Source: Takakia lepidozioides (lineage: Eukaryota; Plantae; Bryophyta). Taken from it: DNA of 64,000 nt. Location of the stretch: assembly GCA_030704615.1 (NCBI GenBank), contig CM060731.1, forward strand, positions 5,208,001 to 5,272,000, written 5' to 3'. The translations under genes and the position numbers were made by a program. The notes below the pieces were generated by a model. The model had not been told where the DNA came from and made no database searches. It saw nothing but the letters and a program-made list of their open reading frames with translations. This document shows positions 29,601 through 41,810 of this stretch, in pieces; the first letter of the stretch is position 1, and each line of letters begins with the position of its first letter.

Positions 29601-31963
29601 CTGGTATCAGGACAGACAAAGAAACAAAGAAACACCTGAGGGGTGCCATATTGAAGACAACAGGGAGGGTCCAGCATGATGACCCTGTAGTGGAGGCTGT
29701 TATTGGCCAGACATTTGGAGATCTTCAAATCCGGGGTGACAATGGAGAACCTGATAGCTGGCAAGGTCCAGTGAGGCAGATGCATGGCTCAACAGAGGAA
29801 GAAGATGAGGAATGTTTGCTTGATCGTCGGGCAATGCAAGGAAATAGTGAACGGGAACCATTTGACACAACAAGCTCAACCAGTAAAAAGAATAACAAAA
29901 GTAGAGAACGTCATGGGAGTGGTAGAGTATCCAGTAAGATTATGCCAGTAGTGGAGGCAGATTCTACTGTGGCTCCACCACCATTATTTGATATTTGTCA
30001 GCTTGAGACACAAATGCAGAAAGGGAAGGAAAAGCCCGTAGTCTTGGCGCCCTCCTTACTGGCTCAGAAACAGTCTGAACGGATGCATGCATCAACTGGG
30101 GCTCACCGCCAGTTGATGCCAGGGGTAATTTTGCTGAAGAAATGGCTGTCTATTGATGACCAGGTGCTTGTACTTTCCTTGAGGCTTTTCTTGACAATCA
30201 CTTCTGTACAATGTAATGTTAGTTAAGAAGATGATGCGTTTTCTGTGTTCTCCCTTTAGACGAGATAAAAGAAAAAGTCAAATTGAAGCCTCTGTAAATT
30301 CTCTCTCTCTCTCTCTCTCCCTTTCTTGCCGGGCAGCTCACCCACAGCAATTTGATGCTTGTGTGAAGGGCTTTCTAGACGATATCTGGAAAACCCGAGC
30401 TAATCGTCTTTGTCACACTACCAGGGTGAGCCCCTCACAAAGGTAGTTTCTGCTCCCTTTTGTTCCACCCAAACTGGGCACCAGTCTATGGCCACAAAGC
30501 TATGGCAATCAACATCTTATGAGTACATTCTCTCTCTCTCTCTCTCTCAAACTGGGAGCGGGGTCTATGGCCACAAAGCTACAGCAAACAATGTCTCATG
30601 AGTACATTCTCTCCCTCTCTCTGAAAACCTGGTGGGCTGAAACTTCACAACTGGCTTGGGGGTTAGTATCCTGCCGGGACCATGCCCATTATAGAGGGAA
30701 CAGTCAATGACATGATCTTTTTGTCATTGAACCACCACGAATAGCTTTGGAAGGGTTAATAGCCCATGAGATTCGGCCCTTAAGGGTAGTGGCATGATGG
30801 TTAATAAATACATCCTTCTCTTGCACACCCACATAGACAGTTGCTCATTTCAAACCTGCTACTTCACTATCACAGGTGGAAATTGTGAGAGAGTGCCGGA
30901 CGCTTGGCACTGGCCCTGGGGGTTTTTATCAGCCCATCTTCAGGGATGGCAGCCACATGCAATTGCAGATGATGTGCCTCGGTATCAAGCACTGGGAACC
31001 TACCACCAGTTCATATGAGCCTCAGCGAGTTAAATATGACAATGCAACACCGCCACCAATACCGTCTCATTTCGTAGCTATGGTGAGGATTGCACTTCAG
31101 AGAGCCCAGCAGTTGGCTCAAGGAGCTGGAGGCCGGCAGCCGGGTAGATCACAGGCTGACAGGTTGTTGCCAGGCATGAGCCCAACATTGTGTATTGTCA
31201 ATTTCTACGAACAAAGGGGCAGTCTTGGAATGCACCAGGTGGGATTTTCTGTCTCTTTTCTCCCCCTTTGTCCCTTTTTCTCCAAGGTTATTTTTTGTTC
31301 TAAGTTATCCCTTGGGCCTCCCGAAGCTATTATAAATTCCTTTCTGTCTCTTCGCTAGTTTAGTTTCTTGGAGCACATCCATATTGCTAGGTGCTGTAGG
31401 GAATGAGATTTACTTGCTATACTTTGATTGCTGTAGCCTCCCTCAGCCAACTTTGTCTGAATTCAGTAAGGGTTAAATGAGACTAAACTGGAGCAGCAGT
31501 GTCATGTGAAGTAAAGATAAAACTACCTTCCCTCATTGACTACAAGATCAGACCAAGCGTTAATGCTGAAGGCTGGATTACCAGTGGCCTGATCTGAGCT
31601 TTGTGTTCTTTTAAAATCTTCCTTGATGGCTGTCACACTCTATTCAAATAGAAGTGTTTCTCAATATCATCTATGTCATTCTCGCAGGACAAGGATGAAA
31701 GCCCTGAGAGCCTGCAGCGAGGGGCCCCTGTAGTGTCATTTTCGGTGGGCGATCATGCAGACTTCAGCTATGGGAAAGAAAGAGACATTGAGAAGGCTAG
31801 TAAGGTAACACTTGAATCAGGGGATGTCCTTGTCTTTGGTGGGCCAGCACGCATGCTATTTCATGGAGTGACACAAGTTCACACTCACACTGCTCCAAAG
31901 GAGCTAATAGAGAGGACAAGTTTGCGACCTGGTCGTCTGAACCTCACATTCAGAGAGCTTTGA
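26644..31963 (+). CDS. ASC-1/TRIP4-like zf-C2HC5 protein fused to a C-terminal AlkB-family 2OG-Fe(II) dioxygenase (about 773 aa)
   Basis: Exons 26644-26799, 27894-28149, 28259-28698, 29055-29153, 29432-30163, 30876-31238 and 31688-31963 total 2322 nt, in frame. zf-C2HC5: CSCQASRHKLINNCLGCGKIVCEQEGEGPCNFCG and RTTVIDDQSDYF. AlkB: CIVNFY, GMHQDKDE, LESGDVLVFGG, FHGV, RLNLTFR. Confidence 0.88.
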
Positions 31964-33250
31964 TTGCTGATTTTATGGTAGATCTGCATACGTTTCTTCT
32001 CGAGTAAACTACCATCCGATTTTGCAAATTGCCCTTTGGCTATGGACAACTGAAGCTAGTCAGGAGTCCCAAGGTACTCCTTTTCATGTCATTTTCAGTA
32101 AATACCGGCTTCATAATACTGACCTCACTTGAGGGTAGAGGAAGGCCATGCTTAGAGTTCTCCAGGAACAAGGCACGTCCTTCTTACTATCTCCCATATC
32201 ACTGTTGGTTGGCTATAGCTGCCACTGGGATAGTCAACAATTTGAAATGCATGTCTGCACCAACTGCTGAAGCATCCGATTTCCTTTGCTGATTGCATGT
32301 CAGAATCATGATTGATGGAATGCTTGTAAGGTGACATCTACATGCCCCATCACGCACATTGCTGAGATGCATCGTAAGTATAGTGCTCATTTGTGTTCCA
32401 ATTGATTTGCCATACAGGCACAACAAGAGTAACCTCATTTCGAAGTCAAACCAACTTCCCCTTGAAGAACTGAGGACCAAAAGTTAGGCGAGTTATCTAA
32501 CACTGCTAGACATGGTATCACCTGAAGTGACTGCAGTGACACCAGGGACCACAATGTCCCGAGCAAATCATTTCCTCGGAGGTTCAAAGATGTATGTCTT
32601 GGCAATTCCTCGGGATTAAGCACCTCTCAGGACATACCAACATCAGCAAACCTATAACAACAGGCTCATGGACTGTAGAAAACAAGGAAAATTTAAGACA
32701 GTTGGATGCGCGAAGGAGAAACCTACATTGGCATTTTGTACAATCCCAAAAAGCCTACACCCCAGTTACGCATAGCAAAGGGAATTCAACCACCTGCTTT
32801 GACAATATATCCCCAATGCTCATTTGGCAAGGAAGAAGCAGGATGTCTTCAACACCTGGTAATATCTGACGTATTGCTCTACATCTTGCCCTTGATAATC
32901 TAGAGAACACCACATAGCCGAAGGACAGATGAGTCCATCAATAGCCAACAGATAAAATGCACCCTATAGAAACGAGCATACTGTAGAGACAAGCACGGTG
33001 TATGCTTGTAGCAACGGGAGCAAATCTAAAACCTTAGTTGGAATTTAAAAAATTAAACATAAGAACATAGTTAAACCCAAAAGCTAAATTACAAATGTTG
33101 AAATTCCATTTTGTTAAGTACAAAATTGAATAATAATACCTAAATATAAATTATTTAAAAAAAAACAATTGTCAATTTGCTGAGTGCTGGACTTCAGCCG
33201 CTCAAGTTGTCAACTTGAGAGGCTGAGTGCCTGACTTGAGTGGAAACGGA

Positions 33251-33700
33251 CACCGTGTAGAAATGAGCACCCTATAGAGACAAGCTCTGTAAAACGAGCA
33301 ATGCACAGAAGAGCACCGTGTAGAAATGAGCACAATATAGAAACAAGGATTGTGTAGAAACCATCCCTGTAGAGAATCGAGCATCGTTGAAACAAGCACC
33401 GCATAGAAACGAGCACCATGTACAAATCAATGAGAAATGAATACCATGTAGAAATGAGCACAATATGTAAACGAGCAGTGTAGAAACGAGCACCATGTAG
33501 AAACGAACAAGAAACAAGCACCGTGTAGAAATGAATGAGAAATGAATACCGTGTAGAAATGAGCACCGTATGTAAACGAGCAGTGTAGAATGAGCACCGT
33601 GTAGAAACGAGCACCATAGAAAAACGAGCAGTGTAAAATGAGCACCATGTAGAAAGGAGCACCGTGTAAAAACAAGCACTTTAGAAACAAGCACCGTGGA
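33251..33700 (+). repeat. Array A of 15-17-bp repeat GAGCACCGTGTAGAAAC
   Basis: Many degenerate head-to-tail copies; a short outlier sits at about 32959-33000. Confidence 0.9.
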
Positions 33701-34117
33701 GAAATCCCAGGTTACATAGTATGTTGGAAAGAGACAACAGAAGTTCAAGGAACGCAATGAGAAATCACGGATTTCAGCAGGGATATATGGAACCTTAAAC
33801 ACATAAGACATAATAAGAGAACGAGCCAAGGTGAGGGAAAATCCAAAAGGAAGAAGACAGCAAGGCCACGCTCCCACGCTGATGTCCTTTGGATGAAATA
33901 ACCTTCACCACAGGAAGGTAATGGATGAACAGGGCCGAATGAAATCTCATATGAGCATGGGACCTGATATTCCCATGACAGGCACTTGATATTCCAAAAT
34001 ATCAGAAAAGCGGGCTAAATATTAGCAGTTGCTGCAAGAAAGACGGCGGGCTCCACAACAAACGGGCTTGTAAATGAATCAATAAAGGAAGATGAAGAGA
34101 GGGCACCATGTACAAAC

Positions 34118-34980
34118 CAGTGTTGGGCGGTTTTTGCATTTGTGAAGGAACCTTCGGTTCCGGTTCGACAATTATTTCAAGAGACGGTTCGGGATCCGGT
34201 TCTGGTTTTTTTTTATTGAGCCGGTTCCGGATCCAACTTTTAAACATGGGGGGGGGGCGTTTACCGGTTTCGGTTACCGGTCAGTTGCTGATAAAAACCA
34301 CGGTTCCGGTTAGGTTCCGGTTATATATATATATATATAATTAGATTTAAAATATTTTATCAGTCCGGGAGACTAATAGCAATGTATTCACATATTTGAA
34401 CTAAAATCCAATGATTTTATTAGTTTTCACTAACACACAAAAAAAAACAAAAAAACAAAACAAAACAAAACAAAACAAACAAAAATACTCTAAATAAACT
34501 GGTAGAAGAAAATGGGTAACATTTTATGGGTTGAAATTACTATTCAGCTATCTGGCAAGTATTGGCATCTTCTAACATTTTCATTAATGAACTTAGCCAG
34601 GATATCATGGAGCTGGAGATTGAACCCAAGATCTCATGACGTTGAAGCGTTGAACATATAATGTCATGGTCTTCAAGCATTGAACCCAGGATCTCATGGA
34701 GCTTGAGAGCATTAAAGAAGTTTTGTCATGGGGCCACCGGGCTCTCCAGGTTATGCCATCTTATGCCAAGGGCCCACCAAGGGTTCAAGAACTCGAACCT
34801 ATTTTTATCCAGATGCGCCCCGGTTCTCTTGTTCCCACACCTAGCAGGAACCGTTTTTCTGTGCCGATTCCCATTGGCAGGTTTCGGGTCTGGGTCAGGT
34901 TATGCAGGAATGAGCCCCGTTTCGCTCCGGTTCTGGTTAACCTGACCCGGCGGTTAACCGGGTCCCTGCGCCCAACACTG
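34118..34980. mobile_element. hAT-type MITE inserted into repeat array B
   Basis: 12-bp TIRs CAGTGTTGGGCG / CGCCCAACACTG; 8-bp TSD GTACAAAC / GTAGAAAC (1 mismatch); subterminal AACCGG/GGTTCC motifs; AT-rich core. Confidence 0.85.
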
Positions 34981-35255
34981 GTAGAAACAAGCACAATCTG
35001 TAAACGAGCACCGTGTAGAAACGAGCACAATCTGTAAACTAGCACCGTGTAGAAACGAGCACCGTATAGAAACAAGCGGCATTGGGTAAACGAGCACCAT
35101 GTAGAAACGAGCACCGTATAGAAACAAGCGGCAGTGGGTAAACGAGCACCATGTAGAAACGAGCACCGTATAGAAACAAGCGCCTTAGGTAAACGAGCAC
35201 GATGTAGAAATGAGCACGGTAGAGAAACGAGCAGGGTAGAACGAGCACTGTGTAA
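34981..35255 (+). repeat. Array B of the same 17-bp repeat (begins at about 34102, split by the MITE)
   Basis: GTAGAAACGAGCACCGT units with a higher-order period of about 53 bp. Confidence 0.9.
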
Positions 35256-38200
35256 AAACAACTGGTAATATGAAAGAACCAGTGTACCCATCACTGGTGA
35301 TTGACTTCAATATGATGTAAGTCTATGCTCTTAAGGGACAGAGCCAACAAATAGGTTCGTTACCACATTTTCTCCATTGACTTCAACAAGATGTAAAGTC
35401 TATGCTCTTAAGGGACAAAGCCAACAAATAACTTATTGAAACTGTGAATACTGTCAATCTCTGAACGTTCCAATGTTCAGATCAACTTGTTCCGAATGTA
35501 ATTTTCCTCAATCAACTTCTGCAAATCATAACTCTATTGAATCTAATCCAACAATCCCTGCACATTCTTAGACCGTCAATCAACTCTTAGTTCCTCTCGA
35601 GCATTGATATTGTCAAACAACTCACTCCAAATCCATGTAGTACAGATAACTATGAGCTGCAAAATCTCCCCACAACAGTAAAACTTCGGCCAAGTCAAGT
35701 ACATTTTACATTGATTCCCTCTTGTTATACATCCATATTTCCTTGTGAAGCCATGTTGGATGCAACCAATTTAGCATGGACTTTCCTTTACGCTCTCACG
35801 GCCACCCTTGCGTTGTGTTCAAGTTTGACGACGCTACCCGAGCTGAATTTATCCACCCGTGCTAGTCTTGAAAAGCATGCCATCTAATTTCGAGAGGGAA
35901 GTTAGATCATCTGTCCGGAGATATTAACATCAGAAGGGCCTGTACTTTGTTGGTGTGGCTGATGGTGGCATTTCTGCTTGCAGTGATGATTTCTCTCAAA
36001 TAAAGCACTTTTGATTTCAGCTTTGACCAACGTTGACTGAGTAGCAGGTGGGTGTTCAACCCTTCTAGATACAACGTGATCTTTCAGAAGTGAAGTAACA
36101 GCAAATTAAGCATCATGTCCTAATATAGAGTTATCATGTCTGTCGCCCTGAAGATATTGTTCTTGATTAACTGTTATGGTTGAAGTATATAGGGGTGCCT
36201 TTCAGACTTGCTTGTCACTTACCAAACCATGAGACTTCTACCAGTAGAGGGATAGAGCGCAAGCTTCAAATTAATCGAATCATACTTGGAGAACTTTCGC
36301 CTTGTGCGGCAGGTCTCACTTGGTACACCTATCAATAAGACTGAATACTCTGCTACAACCTGTATAGAACTATACGATGCCATGATTGCACAGCGCAATC
36401 AAGAAACCGCTTTGATTGCTGCCTGGAGGGTCAAACGAATGGCCAAATCCCACAAAAGTGCTGGAGTCCTCCGATCTGGATGAAAAAGTGAAGACCTATA
36501 TCACAGATTTGGGTATTCAGGTAAGGGCCTTGTCAAGCCAGCAATCTGCGATTGCACGCTCGGTGATGACAAGTGTGGAAGATGGTGGAGTGTCGACACA
36601 TCTAGATTTTTGACGATGGATTCTACTTCTGGACACCTCTCCTCAGCATGTATGTCTGTACTGGACTACGCTTCACAGCAATTCTCAACATTTTATTTCA
36701 CAAAGAATTGGGTTCTCGTCTCATTTGTCGAACTAGTATGAGAGCAGTTGATTTTGTGGAAAACATAGCCATATCCAGCTTAATTCGGCAAATTGGTGGG
36801 GTAAGAAGTAAGTGAGTTCTTGCTGTTGTAAATTTTATTTTGGATTGGAGGTACGAATTCAGCCATGTGAGGCTTGTCGATGCAAGAGCAGTCTTCTTTT
36901 GCACAGACCACTACGTGAAGTTTTTCTGGGTGTGCATAGGATCGGAATTGTGATTTCTCTGCTTGAGCACCTTCCTGATTTGAACTTACGAACTCCGTTC
37001 TCCCACCTAATTGGTTTGCACCAATTTTTCAGCTTTCACATGCCTTGGCACAGACAATGTGTGGCTTGAATTGGCCGGTGGAATATCGTGTTGAGCTGCT
37101 AAGGTGCTCACAAAGTCGCGTGAGGCTCCACCGTTCTCCGTCTATCCTGCAAATCAAACGAAGATTTCGTACATCTCCTTGACGCTGTACTATGTCAGCT
37201 GCAGATCTGATTTACAAAGCTAGATCGACCACGTATAGGGCAACCATGTAATATATAGAAACGAAGCTGATCCCCAGGAATATATTCAGTTTCGGACCAT
37301 TTCGCACATGTATGGCAACGTAAGAGTACAACCTCTGTAGCTTCCACGTTGTCATTACACATTGCAAGAGTGGCCTTCATTACAAACTCCTCATTCTCAT
37401 CTCTTGCTTCTGGAACAAGCAGCACTGGCATGGTTATCCAGCTACATATATTTTACCATCAGCTCCAGCCTACTTTCCATAAGCAGCATTTAGTAACAAT
37501 AGTAATATAACTGGAAAGAAGAAAGGAAGTGTTATAAAGAATGGACGTTACGCCTTAATAACGTCCAAGGGAAGCTCAAACATCATACGAAAATGGGGCC
37601 CCAACAACCAGCCACAACAACCATAAGACTACAATTCAACGGCTAGAGATTTTCTATAGCCAAAACAAACGTTATAATGTCCACAGGGGCCCCTGAGCGC
37701 TACATTTCGAGAAAACAGACAGGTGCTCTAATACCTTAGGGATCCTGCCCAGTTTGTGCATCCCTATATTGCGAATGTGCACTTTGGACAGAAGGTCGAA
37801 GACAAAGTGTAATATGACTTCAGTGTTGGTTCAACTGACCAGTCAGTTATGTATTTTGTTTTATCGCTGGCATAAATTGCTTCAAATTCTGATCACTTTA
37901 GGAACACCTAAAAGAAACACAAGATGAGGTAGTCATTGTTTGAGTTGACAGAAAATTAGAGTTGACCTACTTCTCATTCACTACCTCTCTGGTACTGGCA
38001 GATGTCTGAAGCTACTTCAACCAGTAATGCAAGAGGGGTTGAAAATGGAACCTTCGGTGCCCTCCGGAGATATAAGCACAAGCCATGAAGATACTCTCCC
38101 CTCTGATCTTTGGACATTTTCAGCAGCCATGACACTCAAGACAGCACTCGTTGGGAATCCAGACGGTACTCTACGATGACGGATTTCTTTTTGAGCAGGC

Positions 38201-38479
38201 CACAGTTTCTGCTAAGTAGTCGGTCTTGTAGTCCCCTGATCTATTTGGGTCATACAAACAGATGTTGGGGCAGATGTATGTTAATTAGGGGCCCGGGACA
38301 ATTCTCTCTCTGTGCATAACCCAGGTGGATAGTAAATAGAGTCTCTGGATCAAGATCGTTGCACCTTCCCATCTCCGTGGGCAGCCTGACCAGTAATCTC
38401 CAACTCCTTCCTCTGTTCTCCAGTTTCATGTCGTTTGTTTGCCGACTTCTCTCGTATTGTGGGCGCTCGCCGTGTGCTT

Positions 38480-38810
38480 GGTCGGGACGGCGTTTGTGTT
38501 GGGGACAACGCTGTGTGTGCAATGCAGGGACTGGACGGCGAGTGTGTCGGGGACAACGCCGTGTGTGCAATGTAGGGACGGGACGACGTGTGTGTCGGGG
38601 ACAATGTCGTGTGTGTGCTGGGACAACGTCGTGTGTGTGTGCGGGGACGGGAAGACGTGTGTGCTGGGGACAACGCCGTGTGTGCAATGCAAGGACGGGA
38701 CGGCGAGTGTGTCGGGGACAACATCGTGTGTGTGCTGGGACGGGGACGGCGAGTGTGTTGGGGACGACGGCGTGTGTGCAATGCAGGGACGGGACGGCGA
38801 GTGTGTTGTT
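38480..38810. repeat. GC-rich minisatellite (about 43-49-bp units)
   Basis: CGTGTGTGCAATGCAGGGACGGGACGGCGAGTGTGTCGGGGACAA variants in tandem. Confidence 0.85.
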
Positions 38811-39490
38811 GGTATGGCGTATGGCTAACCGAGGTGTGGTGTCCTGGATTGCGATGGTCGTAGGATACGGCCGGTATGGATGTGGGGATGCCAGCTTTGG
38901 AGACTTCTGAGCAAGGGACTCGGACGAGAGGTAGAGCCGGACAGATCACCCAGATCACGTTCGTGTGCGTTGTGCCGGCTTGGCAGACCTGGGACAGGGC
39001 AAGTGATCCATGCTGACATCCGTAAAGCTGGGATTGTACCAAATATATCATCTTGACTACCCCGATGGACATGTACGGCAAATGTGGTAGCATTAGTTAA
39101 AGATGCAAAAGAAGTGTTTGACCAAATGACTGATCGAAATGTAAGTAGTGTCGTTGAATGCGACGATCGCTGAATGCAAGCTTTGGAGACATATGAACAA
39201 ATGGGGCAGGAATTAGTGAAGCCGGACCAAGTCACATTTGTTTGCATTTGCAATGCGTGTGCAAGCCTGGCAACCCTGGAAAGGGCAAGGAGGTCCATGC
39301 TGACATCATGAAAGCTGGAATTGTGCCAAATGTATTGGAGAATGCATCGAGGATGCAACGGGAGTGTTTGACAATATGGCTGAACCAATTGTGGTGTCAT
39401 GGAGTGCGATGATCGCAGGATATGCCTAGGATGGGAGCGATATGAAGGCTTTCGAGATGTACAAGCAAATGAAGCAGGAAGGTGTGACAT
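38800..39490 (+). pseudogene. PLS-class pentatricopeptide repeat protein fragment
   Basis: Frameshifted PPR motifs: EVWCPWIAMVVGYGRYG, PDQITFVC, IHADIRKAGIVPNI, MDMYGKCGS, AKEVFDQMTDRNV, VKPDQVTFVCICNACASL, SWSAMIAGYA. Confidence 0.8.
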
Positions 39491-41125
39491 AAAGATATTC
39501 GAAAGTATGGAGCGACCAGCTGTGTGCGAACCTGACTGGGCGAAGCGATTTCAGCTTCGTCGGGGGAGATGTCACCTGCAGCCTTTCTCTATCGTATTCG
39601 TTGTGTGTAACCTCCTATGGAATCACAACCCAGTGGCAAAGCCGACATTGTAAAGGAGTTGCAGGGTAGATGTCCTCATCTTTATGCACATTAGACATAA
39701 CTTGGTTTCCTCAATGTGGTTAGTATGTATGCAGCTTGGTTGCATTGATTCACCAATGCATTGTGAGATAGAAAGGTGAGGAGATAAGCAGGTTGAAATT
39801 TAGGAATGTCAAACTCAAGAGAGAGAAAGTATATTAAAAAGTATATGGGGAGGTATTCCCTCTACAGTGGTTTAAGATGCTGCATAGGAAGAGTTGCAAA
39901 TAGAACAATGGGCATGAGAATATTATGCATTGTGTTGCAAGTGTTGTTGCATTGAAGTAATACAAAAACAAAAAGATGAGATGTACTCAGTGCTTGGTTA
40001 GATGTTTACTTGTGTTTGTCGGTTGGTCATGGGTCCGTTGGACACATCGATATATAAATACTAAGCAAGTTCAAACCTACCCTAGTTTTGACTGGGCTCT
40101 TCATAGTTTGTTGTCTTTCTTTCTCTCCTCCCAAAGATGATATTAGGGCTTCCATTCAATGTGAACAATTGTGCCATCTCGTCCTCCACTCACCAGACAC
40201 TTAATTATGCAGGGCACAAGAGATCATCTGCATGATTCAGCTAAGAGAGGTGCCATGCTGCAAGCTCACTACTAGTCCACTGTATCCAGTACCTCGATGC
40301 TGGTGTGTTTGTCTTCCCACCTTCTGCCACTAGGTTTTTTAACTGAATCTGATAGTCCATGCATGTGCATACATCTTTTTTAAATGGGAAAAAGATCCGC
40401 CCAGGGCTAATTATTATACGTTTACATCAAATTGTCATAAAATGGGTGCACACCAATTTTTGTCATGGTCCATGTTGTCACTTTCGAGAAGCCTCATCAT
40501 AGCCATATGGGAAGTGGAGCTCCAGAGCTTGTTATCTACTAGTCACTTGTTAAATGCATCTAACCCCCAACACAATCTTTGGGACTGGAAACCTTGCCCA
40601 GATCAAGGATATTGTAGAGGAGATGCTCCAGGAGCGGAGCAGTGGCAAATATGATCAGAAACCATGTTCACTTGCTCTACAGTAAGATAATGATGGCAAA
40701 AAGCCTGCTGGCAGCTGCCATCGGCATGCGAGTCAACCCATGGCTGCATAGAGCCACGACCTCTTCAACACTTGCGAGTCTGTGTTGAAATGTTTGTCTT
40801 GAACAAGCCTCCCAGATTTCACACCCACTAGTCCTAAGGAAACAAAGAGTACTCAAACAGACTTTCCAACAATTGGTTGAGACACTCTCCTAGATTGACT
40901 GGACTTACTGAGGTAATTGGCTAGACTAGTGACTTCATGTTCAAACATTGTTACTGTACATTCATGAGCAACCTCATAATATTCTTAAACATCCTAAACT
41001 AGACCCCGAAGCTCATGTTTTAGCTGCTGCTCAACTCTCTCCGGGTCAGGTAGTGACAGACTATTGGGGGTATGGGAGGCATGGGCGGAAGGGGGGGGGG
41101 GGTAGGAATACCCGAGTTCCGTTAG

Positions 41126-41810
41126 GTGATGGCATGTTTGGCAGCGGAACAGAGAACGTTTTTTCGGACGTCGGGCAGATTAGATAATGCCTTCAGATCA
41201 TTTGGTGAAGGGGGCCCGTTCATGCCTCGTAAAGCAGCCCCTGTGGAAAACAAGCTGCAATGCAGTCTAGAGGAGCCCTATAAGGGCTCAACCAGGAAGA
41301 TGAAAATCTCCATAAGTATCGCTGATGCAAGTGGTAAGACACTCCCCGTTGAGGAGATTTTGACAATTGAGGTGAAGCCTGGTTGGAAGAAGGGGACTAA
41401 GATCACGTTCCCAGAAGAAGGGAAAGAGCAGCCCAACATGGTGGCTGCAGACCTAGTCTTTGTCATTGATGAGAGGCAACACGAAGTGTACAAGCGCAAC
41501 GGTAATGACTTAATTGTGGTACAGAAGGTCTCCCTTGTTGAGACGCTCACAGGTTGTACAGTCTCGTTGAAGATGAGAGGACATTGGGAGATAGGTGGGA
41601 GGACATGGATAGATGGGAGGACACTGAACCTATCTTTCTTAGATGTCGTCTGTCCTGGATATGTAAAAGGTTGTACCTAAGGAGGGGATGCCGGTTGCGA
41701 AGGAGCCCAGCAGAAAAGACAATTTGAGGATAAAATTTGAGATTGAATTCCCGACCAGGCTGACTGCAGACCAGAAAACAGGCTTGAACTGTTGGGGGCT
41801 AGCTAAAACA
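41126..41810 (+). pseudogene. Class B DnaJ/Hsp40 C-terminal substrate-binding region, no J-domain, frameshifted
   Basis: RKAAPVENKLQCSLEE, EILTIEVKPGWKKGTKITF, ADLVFVIDE, then PKEGMP...NLRIKFEIEFPTRLT in another frame; no introns in the fragment. Confidence 0.85.

Noticed and set aside
30300-30625. Intronic 80-bp duplication with (CT)n tracts, and a similar duplication of about 255 bp at 41916-42380
   Set aside because: Ordinary local duplications and microsatellites with no sign of function.
34976-34990. CACTGGTAGAAAC as a CACTA terminal inverted repeat
   Set aside because: CACTG is the end of the hAT MITE TIR and GTAGAAAC is its TSD; the resemblance is a junction artefact.
33251-35255. 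17-bp arrays (also 50850-52713) as CRISPR arrays
   Set aside because: The units are head-to-tail with no unique spacers, there are no cas genes, and the context is eukaryotic.
33202-35294. Cys/Phe-rich ORFs (RCSFLHGARF...), also at 38250-39093 and 52237-52750
   Set aside because: These are translations of tandem repeats in several frames, not proteins.
35300-38400. Short ORFs (36286-36613, 37195-37431) as genes
   Set aside because: No recognisable motifs or consistent exon chain; they may be decayed fragments.
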